From NCBI GenBank assembly GCA_051294375.1, contig CM119263.1, positions 31,355,476 to 31,419,475 of the forward strand: 64,000 nt of DNA. The letters are read 5' to 3'. Position 1 is the stretch's first letter; each line of letters starts with the position of its first letter. Shown here piece by piece: positions 11,417-23,200 of this stretch. The notes below the pieces were generated by a model. It was not told where the DNA came from. It made no database searches and saw nothing but the letters and a program-made list of their open reading frames with translations. The DNA comes from Paraspadella gotoi. Its lineage: Eukaryota; Animalia; Chaetognatha. The position numbers and the translations under genes are program-made.

Positions 11417-13081
11417 ATGCTCCGCTTGGGTTTGCAACTTCTGCCCAAATGGGGATTGGCGTCGCGGGCCGCAGAAAAATTGGCCCCTTGCGCCTCCAAC
11501 ACATTGACTTCCAACTCCTTGGGCTCTAACACTTTGGCCTCCGAATTCAGCACGACGTCCGTGGCCCGCGTGAACATGGACAGCGACGAAGTTGGATTCT
11601 TCGAGATGGTGGAAGGATTCTTCGATCGCGCAGCATCCATCATGGAGGATCAATTGGTATCGGAAGTCAAGGGTCGACTCACCAAAGAGGAAAAGATCAA
11701 AAAGGTGAAGGGGATCCTCAAGTGCATCAAACCATGCAACAGCATCCTCGCCATTTCCTTCCCTTTCCGTCGAGACAACGGAGAGTACGAAGTTGTGAAA
11801 GCATGGAGAGCTCAGCACTCTCATCACCGAACGCCCTGCAAAGGCGGCATCCGCTACAGCGACGACGTCAATGAAGACGAAGTCAAAGCCCTCGCCGCGC
11901 TCATGACCTTCAAATGCTCCGTGGTCGACGTTCCCTTCGGCGGCGGCAAAGCCGGAGTCAAGATCAATCCCAAAAATTATTCTGATCGAGAGATAGAGAA
12001 AATCACGAGACGACTCGCGCTCGAGTTGGCCAAGAAGGGATTCATCGGTCCCGGAGTCGACGTCCCGGCTCCGGACATGGGAACCGGCGAAAGGGAAATG
12101 TCTTGGCTCTGCGACACTTACGCCAACACCGTCGCCCATCTGGACATCAACGCTCACGCTTGCATCACGGGGAAACCCATTTCTCAGGGCGGAATTCACG
12201 GCCGAGTCTCGGCCACCGGACGAGGAATCTTTCACGGAGTCGAAAACTTTATCGACGAAGCTAGTTACATGACGATGATCGATCTTCCTCCCGGATTCAA
12301 GGACAAAACCTTCATCGCTCAGGGTTTCGGCAACGTGGGTCTCCACGCCTGCCGATATTTTCATCGCGCCGGATCGAAATGTATCGGCGTCGCCGAGTGG
12401 GACGGTTCCATCTACAACAAGAACGGCATCGACCCCAAAGAGTTGGAGAATTACAAGTTGGAAAAGGGAACCATCGTCGGATTTCCAGGCGCCGAACCTT
12501 ACAAGGGAGAGAACCTTCTCTACGAACAATGCGACATTCTCATCCCCGCCGCATCCGAGAAGCAGATCACATCCTCCAACGCGCACAAGATCAAAGCGAA
12601 GATCATCGCTGAGGGCGCCAACGGGCCCACGACTCCCGCCGCGGATAAGATTCTCATAAAGAACAAAGTTCTCGTCATCCCGGATCTCTACATCAACGCT
12701 GGAGGAGTCACCGTCTCTTACTTCGAATGGCTCAAGAATCTCAATCACGTCTCCTACGGGCGACTCACCTTCAAGTACGAACGCGACTCCAACTATCATC
12801 TCCTCGAATCCGTTCAACAATCGTTGGAGAGGAAATTCGGTCGCGCCGGCGGCGCCATCCCGATTCAAGCGTCGCCGGAATTCCAGGCGCGCATCGCCGG
12901 CGCCTCTGAGAAGGACATCGTCCACTCTGGGTTGGCCTTTACGATGGAAAGGAGCGCCCGCGCCATCATGCGAACCGCGACGAAATACAATCTGGGGATC
13001 GATATTAGAACCGCCGCTTACATCAACTCAATCGAGAAGATCTTTAAGTGTTACGACGAGGCCGGGTTCACCTTCACGTAA
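11417..13081 (+). CDS. GLUD1: Mitochondrial glutamate dehydrogenase, intronless
   Basis: 554-aa ORF; [30 protein letters not shown], animal antenna region. Confidence 0.97.
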   Translation: MLRLGLQLLPKWGLASRAAEKLAPCASNTLTSNSLGSNTLASEFSTTSVARVNMDSDEVGFFEMVEGFFDRAASIMEDQLVSEVKGRLTKEEKIKKVKGILKCIKPCNSILAISFPFRRDNGEYEVVKAWRAQHSHHRTPCKGGIRYSDDVNEDEVKALAALMTFKCSVVDVPFGGGKAGVKINPKNYSDREIEKITRRLALELAKKGFIGPGVDVPAPDMGTGEREMSWLCDTYANTVAHLDINAHACITGKPISQGGIHGRVSATGRGIFHGVENFIDEASYMTMIDLPPGFKDKTFIAQGFGNVGLHACRYFHRAGSKCIGVAEWDGSIYNKNGIDPKELENYKLEKGTIVGFPGAEPYKGENLLYEQCDILIPAASEKQITSSNAHKIKAKIIAEGANGPTTPAADKILIKNKVLVIPDLYINAGGVTVSYFEWLKNLNHVSYGRLTFKYERDSNYHLLESVQQSLERKFGRAGGAIPIQASPEFQARIAGASEKDIVHSGLAFTMERSARAIMRTATKYNLGIDIRTAAYINSIEKIFKCYDEAGFTFT

Positions 13082-14146
13082 ACTCATCATGTGGCCGTCT
13101 TTTTCTACGGTCGCGAGGAGCTCAACAGAACTTTGGCCGCTCTCAGGATCGCGCTACCGTCCTCTGCCTTTCATTTTTACTTGCCTCCTCCTCTTTAAAA
13201 ACTAGCAGGGTACGACCAAAAAACAATGACTAGTCTTCCAGTGCCGCGCTTTTCAACTGAACGGTAAAAAATATTTGGTTTTATGGTTTTTGGTATTTGA
13301 TATTATTAAATATTAGGAATCGACTTATATGTAGTAATTGAGAGAAGATCTCCGTGGCTTTGAAAACAATTTATTTTCATAAAACAAAGTACGTAAACCT
13401 AACTCGCCTTTATTAAACAGCCGTTTGGATAAGGCACAATATTTATACAATTATTTGTGTATTCATATCTGTAGAATTAAACATTACTCTTGAAATATTA
13501 CTTTGAAAAAAAATATTATGGCTAAAAGATACCAGTTATTCTTTAGATATTTTGTGTTACTGAAAAATCATGTTTTGCGGGAAGATCTGAAACGTTTTTA
13601 TAATTCTCGTGTTTTTTAGTTCGGTGTTTTGTAATATAAATATTTTTGTTATTGCTATTTCTCTTACTATCACGTAACTTTCGATCCAAAAGAGCTATAT
13701 CACTTCATTTATAGATTATAAGTAGAAGTATATAACTATATATAGTGTAGGACTTGGTTCATATCCCACATTTATCATATGATTTGATTTTAAGTTGGAG
13801 CATCTATAAATTTGCTTCACTCACTATTCTTATTTTCTTCCGTTACGGAAGTAATTATGAAATACGTAAATAATATAGTATTTGTCTTACAAGTAACCTC
13901 TTCGCTTTAACAGCCCTCAACTGTCAACAGTTATATATACATTCGTTTATTAGAACCAGTTGTGGCTTTTTTCATCGCATTTTCTTTTATAATTATAACT
14001 ATTTATAATTATAATTATCTCAAAAATCTCTCCGGGCGCTCTGTTCTACTTTTTCCAGTTTTTACTTTTTTCTCCGCAGAGTTTGTAAATTTATTTGGGA
14101 CAGAGTCAAAAGAAGAGAGAGAGAGTGAATACCATTGTCATCAATC

Positions 14147-16136
14147 ATGGGTTTCGTCAAAGTGGTAAAGAACAAGGCTTATTTCAAGCGATACCAGGTC
14201 AAGTACAAGAGACGTCGAGAGGGACGGACCGACTACTTCGCTAGGAAGCGTCTCATCTGTCAGGACAAGAATAAGTACAACACGCCCAAGTACAGGTGAG
14301 GGGGACTGATTGATTGATTATCTTTTTGCTTGTTAGTCTCGTCTTCTTTTTTGCTTGCTCTCTGTAACTCTTCAGTCTTCTCCCCCCCCACGACATTCAG
14401 ACTGATCGTCCGCGTGACCAACAAGGACATCGTCTGCCAAATCGCTTACGCGCGAATTTACGGCGACGTTGTCGTCGAATCCGCCTACTCTCACGAGTTG
14501 CCCAAGTACGGCGTCAAGGTCGGCCTCACCAACTACGCCGCCGCCTACTGCACGGGACTCTTGGTCGCCAGGAGGGTCTTGAAGAAGGTGGGTTGCGTCC
14601 GGGGGATTGTTAGCTACATCTCTTATGAACTTGTGAGTTTCATTAATCTCGTCACAAATGGGTTGCGGTCTTCGTCGTCTTTGTCGTCGCCTATCTTCAA
14701 GCTTTGTTATGAGAAAGTCCTCGACTTAATTATTACATTCAACTCTGTTTCATTCCCTTCCCTTTTTTTTCTTTCCTTTTTCCTTTATTTCTTTTCTTTC
14801 TTTTTTCCTTTTTCCTTTCTTTCCTTTTGTTTCTTTCTCTATACTTCCCTTCCTTTACTTCTCTTCCTTTACTTCCCTTGCCTTTTCTTTTCCCTCTCCT
14901 TTTCTTTACATTGCTTTCCTCTCCCTCCCTTTCCCTTTTTTTCCTTTCCTCTCCCGACTTGACTCTTCCTTTTCCCTTCTTTCCTTTTCCTTTCCTTTAC
15001 CCCCTCCTTTCTCCTCCTTTCCTTTTAGTTCAACCTTGACGAGATCTACAAAGGCCAAGAGAACGCCGACGGCGAGGACTTCAGCGTAGAGGATCAAGAC
15101 GGACAACCCGGCGCCTTCCGCGCTTATTTGGACGTCGGCCTCGCGCGCACCTCCACCGGCGCCAAAGTCTTCGGCGCGCTCAAGGGAGCCGTCGACGGCG
15201 GCATCGACATTCCGCACAGGTGGGTTAATTGGAGATTGTGGGCGATTCAATGGAGGTTGAGGGAGATTGAATGAAGTCCTCCTTTCCCCCCCCCCCTTTT
15301 GAACGAAAGCAACAAGAGATTTCCGGGTTACGACGCTGAGAGCAAAGAGTACAACCCGGAGGTTCACAAGAACCACATCTTCGGCCAACACATCGCCAAC
15401 TACATGCAGCATCTATTGGAGGACGATGAGGAGGTGAGCTTCGCCGTATTTTCTGACCTGATGATGAAGGCTCCTGCTGACTCTTTTACCCTTTTTCCCT
15501 CATCCTTCCTCCAGGGATACAAGAAGCAGTTCAGTCAATTCGTGAAGAACGGCGTCACCGCCGACGCCGTGGAGGCCATGTACCGCGACGCCCACGCCGC
15601 CATCAGGGCCGACGCCGCCAGAGTAAAGCGTCCCGCCAAGGAAGTCAAGGTTCGTTGACGAGTTAGAGGCTGAATGTTGTAGATAGATTTGCTTTCTTTT
15701 TTCTTTTTCTTTTTCCGATGATGAATTTTATCCGACTCTTAAAATCAATTTCGATGTCGACACACTCAGCTCACTCTGAGATCGAGAAAAAAATAGAAGG
15801 GAAAATGCGAAGCGAAGATTCATTTTAAAATTAATGCGAGTTTTTTCTTCTTCTTTTTTCTTTCTCCGTTTTCTTCCGCTTTCTCTTTGCTTCACTTTGC
15901 AACCTCATTTCTAATCTTTTCTCTGTTTTTCTTCTTTGCCTTTCTTCTCTGCTCCACTTCCCTTTTTTCCCGCTCCCCCTTTCCCCTTCCCCCAGGCGGT
16001 GAAACGATGGGGCCAGAAGCGCCTCTCGATCCAGCAACGCAAGGCGCGTGTGGCGGAAAAGAAGGCAGCGTTCTTGAAGGCGCAGGGCGGCGCCGCCGAC
16101 GCCGGAGACGTAGAGATGGACGACGACGAGGAATAG
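14147..16136 (+). CDS. RPL5: 60S ribosomal protein L5 (uL18), 6 exons
   Basis: [57 protein letters not shown]. Confidence 0.97.
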
Positions 16137-16486
16137 AGAGAAGGACGGCGCCGACGAGAGATTTTCGGCGCTGATCGGCATCTTTGGCGTCGCGATCGCT
16201 CGCGATCTCTCTCTCTCTCTCTCTTGAAACAACATCTCGAAAAAAGAGGACGCGAAACTAAGAAATGAAGAAAAATAAATGGACTCTGAATCCCAAATAT
16301 TATGGAATTTTATTATGAAAATTGTTTTAAAATAAAAATATTTTAACTTCCGTATTTCTTCTCAATAGGAAATAATAAAAAATGTTTGAGTATTTGAGAG
16401 TTTCTCTTCTTTTTGTTAAAACATTTAGATAAAATTAAATAAAGTAAAACTATAACCGCGAAAGGAGACTTTTTAAAAGATACAAA

Positions 16487-16843
16487 ATGACGAAACGAAC
16501 GCAGAAAGTGGGAATCACGGGAAAGTACGCGACGCGCTACGGAGCGTCGCTACGTAAGACAGTGAAGAAGATGGAGGTGTCGCAGCACGCCACATACACC
16601 TGCCCATTTTGCGGCAAGGACGCGCTGAGACGCAAGGTCGTCGGCATCTGGCATTGCAAAGGTTGGCCGATTAGTTTTTTAGTAATAGTGGTTTTGATTA
16701 ATTTGAAATAATTATCATTTCGCTTATCTTCCTCAGGCTGCCGCAAAACGATCGCGGGCGGGGCGTGGACGCATTCGACGACGGCCGCCGTTACAGTTCG
16801 CAGCGCCATTCGTCGTCTGCGGGAAATTCGCGAAACTTCGTGA
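16487..16843 (+). CDS. RPL37A: 60S ribosomal protein L37a (eL43), 2 exons
   Basis: [45 protein letters not shown]. Confidence 0.97.
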
Positions 16844-17134
16844 ATTTTTTTTTGTGACGCGGGACCTTTTTTTTCCCCCTTCTCGCCGATGTGTTCTGTT
16901 TATTCGCCTTTCGCCGTATATTTTTAAATATTTTTTTTAATATGAAGAATATAGCTAAAATATATTTTGTTTATCTTAAGTTTTTTTGGGGCAATTTTGA
17001 AATTTGAGATTTTAATTTTTTCGCAGGTGTTGTTTCGTTTCTTTATCGCTTCTCGTGTAAAGAAATAAACAAAAATAACTAAACAAACAAACCTTAGCCA
17101 CAAAAGTAATTAAAAAAAATTATTTAAAAAAAAA

Positions 17135-17885
17135 ATGTCCGACGAAGACGATTGGGAGAAGCCGAACTTCGAGGCGCCGACGATGATGAAGACGACGACG
17201 AAGACGAAAGACTCGTGGGAAGGAGAAGACGAGGAGAGCGAGGAAGAGAACGAGGAAAAGACGCCGCCCACCAAAACCGGCGCCACGACGACGACGCCGA
17301 CGGAAAACGGCGCCGATGATGGAGGAATCGATCGGCTTCATCCTGTGACGGCGCCGGAGTTCGAGACGTTGAGGGAGAAAGTTGAGAAGAAGTTGGCGCC
17401 GTTGGAGGCGTCGCCTTTTTACAATGGGTTCGTCGACGACTTGATTAGGGATTTGTGCATGGGTGAGTTTAAAGGGAAGAGGAGGGTGAGGTGGAGGGGT
17501 TCAGGCCAAACGTCATGAATAAGGGTTTAAGTCCCTAACTTTTTGAATTTAAAATCTGACGGCTCCTCGGGAGAGGGATGGGAATACGAGGCCGAGGATG
17601 AAGATCGAGAAAATAATAGCGAAAGATCAACTCATTCGTTCGATCCGTAGAAGCAACAAAACTCATAATTTGTCCTCCCCCCTCCCGACATCTGAACCCA
17701 AACCAGGTCTTCCGCCCGAAAGTCTGAAGAAAATCAATTCTGGTTTGACTTTGATCATCAACGAGAAGACGGCGGCGTCGAAGCCCAAAGCTAAAAAGGG
17801 AAAGAAGGGACCCACGGTCAAGATGGACAGAGACATCGCCGCCGACGTCGACGTGGATTACGACGACTTTGACGACATGATGTGA
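17135..17885 (+). CDS. EIF3J: Translation initiation factor eIF3 subunit J, 2 exons
   Basis: MSDEDDWE..KDSWEGEDE, GIDRLHPVT..EF, FVDDLIRDLC, LKKINSGLTLIINEK, C-terminal YDDFDDMM. Confidence 0.85.
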
Positions 17886-18393
17886 CGACGGAGGAACAGT
17901 GATACGACATGATATTGACATTGACGTAGGACAATGACGTCGAGATAAAATAGATCGGGGACTGCGATATGACGGGACTGTTAGAGGACGACGAAAGTTG
18001 TGATAAGGGGCAACGTTTGACGAAACTACTGCATTTCCTTGTCCCATTTTTATTAAGTTTTTACGACGGATAACGAAAAAAAAGCTCTTTTTTACCAGAT
18101 CGGAGTCTTTGTATTTATTTATTTTTAAATTCGTTTTCTCCGAGTTTCGTTGAATCCGAGGTTTTTCGACTTTGTCTCAATCTCGACATCCCTTTTCTCT
18201 CCCCTCTCCGTTCCATTGTTTCCCTCTCTGTATAGCTCGAATTGTGTAAAACGGCAGTCATTACGAATACAGTTTTATTATTATTATAGTTTTAATCTAG
18301 CCATCGTCTTTCTTCCGTAGTCGGCGTTTGCTTTTTGTTATTTTTTTTTGTGCAGAGAGTTACAACATCTTTAGTTGAGCTAATTAGATTTGG

Positions 18394-20241
18394 ATGATGA
18401 CGATGACGACGACGAAATCGCGCGTCAGTTTCGTCTCGTGTCTTCTTGGATTTTGGTTCTGCGTTTCTGCGGCTCAATTGAGTCCAGGATTTTCGGAGAC
18501 AATTAACAAAGGCGAGAAGCCTGAGAGATAAAGAGGCGTTTGGGTTTTTGTTTAAATTAAGTATAGGCTATAGGCAGAAGTAGTTAAGTTAATCGATTAT
18601 TAAACTCAAAAATTCAGCTCGTTAAAAAGCTAAATATTGATTACGCTTGCTTGTAAGGGGCCTGGTGTTGCCAAGCAATTCAGAGGATCCAGGGTGATGT
18701 TCGCTTCGCTTCAAGGAATGCAAGGGCGTTCATGGAGTCCTCAAATAACAATCTCTTAAAGTAATAAAAAAATTATAAAGCTGTCAGGATTAAAAGCCGT
18801 ACGAATGGAATGGCTTTACAACCGTGCAGAGAATTTCAGTATTTTCTTTGACTATTCCCTTAAAAGCTAACTTGCTCATAGAACTTCAGTAGAAAGTTCG
18901 AAAACCCAAAGGCCTCTCACTCTCAGCCACGAATCTTCCCTTCTTCTCCTGCTCCTTCTCCTCTTCCTCCCTTTGCGGATTCGAACCTGTATCCTCTCAA
19001 CTCAACTTCGTCTGGAGATTCTCGATCCACGACCAACGCGTCGTCGCCGCCGAGAGACGCCAGCGCCGCCTGTCGTGGCCGAGCGAAGCTTATTTGTATT
19101 CGGCCTTGATGGAAGGACGGAAGGGGTGAGGGGTGCAAGATGTTGAGTGTTAGACAAAGTAAAAGAATAGATGTAAGAATATATGAAATTGGTACAACCA
19201 ATATAATAATAAGAATATATATATATATATATATAATAATAAGAATAATATAAGAATATATGTAATGTTTAAGTTAGTATTTCCTCTGCCAGCAGCATGA
19301 GGACATTGATGAGTCGAAAACCTCAACATAAAAAAATTGTTAAAAACAAGAACGGCAATTCAAATGTGTTGCGCCACAGTGACTGCCTTATCACGTGTAT
19401 TTCTCATAATATGACGCTACATGATTACAATAACTTTCTTAGCCTGCGTATTTATGATACGCACTGCATTGTGGAATTGTGTCTTTTATTCCTTATATTT
19501 TGGTTATAGTTTTAGGATTTCCTGAATGCGGCGCTTGCAGTCACTTATATTTTAAGTTTTTTTTTCAGTCTTAACGAACGAGCAACTATAGGCAAATTAT
19601 ATGCATTTTTAATGTAAGTGAGACGGACAGACATACTGACTTATAGAGTTTGATGAGAGATGGCGCCGTTTTATTCATTTTTCTCATTATTTTTCTCATT
19701 TTATTCAATTTCATTGACACGAGTTCTCGCGGCGCAACTAAAAACATTTATAATCCCTTTGGAAAAGTGCGCTGTTCTGTATATATACAGATTACAGAAT
19801 AGTTTTTAAAATATTCCGTTGAATAAGTTATTTTGTTAATTGAAAATCGGATAAACCGATCATTGAACTTTAGGAATTAGGGTCATTAAATAATAAATAA
19901 GGTTATCAATAATAAAGTTATTTTTTTGGCAAATTAATCATTTTTCCGTCTTTCTCCCGTTTTAATGAAATTTTAAGGACCGACAGATCGAATCCATGGA
20001 ATGCTTGCCTGAGATTAAAGTTCGAATATCAATTTCGCGGCGTCGGTTTCCTCCGTGTCGGTCTCCTTCCTTCCTCTCTGTCGGGCAACGGCTCCTTTGT
20101 CGGCTTCCACCCTCCCGACGCCTTTTTCGTTTGGAACGTGACCCGCGACGATGACGAATCGTCGGCGATCGTCGCCGATTCTTGGACTGAGGTCGTGGCA
20201 TTCGCCGTCGACCCCGGGCGCGAATTTCAACTCGTCTTTCA

Positions 20242-20277
<36 letters not shown>

Positions 20278-23200
20278 CGTGAATTCGGCCCAACTGAGAT
20301 TCGTTCAAGTTTCAGTCTCGAGTTGCGCGGGTGACGTCGAGAAAAGGGTTTGGCGGAGAGAAAGAGGGTTTAATTATAATCTTTGTTAAGTCATTTTTCT
20401 TACTCATTACTTTAGCTTTTAATAGCTATTCATGAGACTAAGAAAAACTTTGTCTGAAATTATGTATTTTGGTATTATAGTACTGAAACTTGTTGCGTCC
20501 ACAGTACTCGAGTTTTGCAAGATGCTTAGGGTTAGGGGAAATCTCGTTTTCACTGGATGCCGGGAAAGTTAAATTAGCTTAATGAAATTTAACAATTTAA
20601 TGTCTTTGTTACATTTAAATTGAGAAAGAAGCCAATATATTTATTTAATGAATAGGTAATTTTAATTTTGGTAGTACCATTATCCTTATTACAAATCTTC
20701 TATAATATAATCCTCTAGTATAATCCCAAGAATCATCTTTCTTTCTACTCCGCCAATCTCGCGCCGACCCCCAGATCCCGGTCAACGACCTTCCCTCCGC
20801 TCCTCTCCAAACTTGCGGCGACGTCGCCCGCATCGAAAAGGACTGCGCCGTCCACGGGCGCTGCCTGAGGGCCCTCCGCGGCGCAGGACTCAGCGAACCC
20901 TGGTGTCAATGCGACGCCGGTTGGGGAGGACTTCGGTGCGAGGAATGTCAAGGGTTCGGGAAGGCTTGCGAGTCGGCGGTGGAGAGTGGGGAGGGGTCGG
21001 TGGAGAGTGGGGAAGGGGTAGAGAAGGAAATTAATGAAGAAAAGAAAGGGATTTTCGCCGAAAGAATTTCTCGAGAGAAAGGAACAAATTTTACAGCGCA
21101 GAAATTTAAAGAGAAAAAGGAAAATGAAGGAATAAAGATTAAAGAGAAGAAGATTAAGAAAGAAGTTATGGGAAAAGTGGAGAGCTTAGGTTCGACTACG
21201 GAGGCGATGATTGATACCAAAATTTCTATTGGCGGACAAACTGATTCGACGATTAAGGAGAAAGTGATGAAGGGAAAAGCAAAGGAGAAGAGGCAAAGAG
21301 GGAAGAAGGAGAATAAAGGAAAGAAGAATAAAAAATGGAAGAAGGAGAATGAATGGAAGAAGGAGAATGAGGGGAAGAAGAAGAATGAAGGAAAGAAGGA
21401 AAGTAAGCTAAGGGCGAATGCGACATCAATCTCCGGAGTCATCGATGATTCAAAGATTTCTAGTTTTAGTGAAATTAATTTGACAACGAAAAAAGTTGAA
21501 AAAGAGGAGAAGGAAGATGAAGGTTTTAATGAAACCAATAAAAGGATAGTTGACTTGGTTTTCACAAATGAGACGTTCACCAGACCGGCCATGGATAATC
21601 AAATCAACTCGACGATGGAGACATTAAAAGTGAATGAGAAAAAAGTGATTGGAATTGTAAAAGAGAAAATGAGTAAAAAAGGAAAGAAGGCAGAAGGGAA
21701 AGAGGTTGAGAAGGTGGAAAGGAAAGAAGTTGAGAAGGCAGAAAGGAAAGAAGTTGAGAAGGCAGAAAGGAAGAAGTTGAGAAGGCAGAAAGGAAAGAAG
21801 TTGAGAAGGCAGAAAGGAAAGAAGTTGAGAAGGCAGAAAGGAAGAAGTTGAGAAGGCAGAAAGGAAAGAAGTTGAGAAGGCAGAAAGGAAAGAAGTTGAG
21901 AAGCAGAAAGGAAAGAAGTTGAGAAGGCAGAAAGGAAAGAAGTTGAGAAGGCAGAAAGGAAAGAGTTGAGAAGGCAGAAAGGAAAGAAGTTGAGAAGGCA
22001 GAAAGGAAAGAAGTTGAGAAGGCAGAAAGGAAAGAAGTTGAGAAGGCAGAAAGGAAGAAGTTGAGAAGGCAGAAAGGAAAGAAGTTGAGAAGCAGAAAGG
22101 AAAGAAGTTGAGAAGCAGAAAGGAAAGAAGTTGAGAAGGCAGAAAGGAAAGAAGTTGAGAAGGCAGAAAGGAAAGAAGTTGAGAAGGCAGAAAGGAAAGA
22201 AGTTGAGAAGGCAGAAAGGAAAGAAGTTGAAAGGAGAAAGGAAAGAAGTTGAAAACCTGAAAAGGAAAGAAGTTGAAAACCTGAAAAGGAAAGAAGTTGA
22301 AAACCTGAAAAGGAAAGAAGTTGAGAAGGCAGAAAGGAAAGAAGATAATGGGGAAAAGAAAGAAGGTAAGAATACGGAAGAAGTAAAAAGAGAAAAAGAA
22401 AAAATAGAAAAAGGAACTGGAGGCGCATCGACTGCGGAGGCGATGATCGACGCTCGGATTTCCGTCGCCAGACGAATTAACTCGACGTCAGCAAAGGTGA
22501 GAGACTCGCGTTAGCCGCTGAATTTTTAAAACTCGCTCTTCCCTGAATTAAGACTGAAGATGCACTTTGTAATCCTACTTCTGATAACCGTTTTTTCTCA
22601 CTTTCTCTATTTCATCCTGTCATCTTCACTTTCCTGTAATTTACTTTTCTTTATCTCATCTTCTCTTTACCTTTTCTCATCCTCTCCCCTCTCCCAGCCG
22701 GCCCTCTCTTCCACCCGGCCAGACGAGCCTCTCAAAGCCGCGACACTCTACGTCCTCATCGCCGTCCTTCTTACGGTCATCTTTGTCCTCCTCGTCTCGG
22801 TGCTGCTTCTGCTGCTGCAGGTGAGAATCATTGCAGCTTCTAAATCATGTAGGAAGCATTCCTGCTACTCCAAATTATTTTAACAGGATTCCTTCTTTAG
22901 TCATTTGCTCTTTAGAAATATTATTTTTGGTCTCTTCCTACACTCCATTCTTCCCTCCAGGTCCGCTGCCTCCGCCGTCGTCTCCGCGACCCACTCTGCC
23001 CCTCTCGCCTGGGAGAGGGCCTCGGCCAGGCGGCCTTCAAGGGTCTCGATCAGACGGACTACTGGACCCACTTCAGACGAATCCTCATGGGCGAAGGCCC
23101 CGTCCTAGGATCCAACTATTCCGAGGTTTTCTGCGACTCGAAATGAAAGTGAATTTCCTCAGTTTTGATTCACATTTGAGAAAATATAAAATTCGTGAAA

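Noticed and set aside
11393-12925. 510-aa antisense ORF over GLUD1 (also over calcineurin and KDSR)
   Set aside because: Shadow ORFs from GC-rich codon bias; a well-known artefact
18656-18743. Minus-strand GA-CUC..UGA..GCC..AAGC resembling a twister
   Set aside because: No convincing P3/P4/T1 pairing or LTR ends
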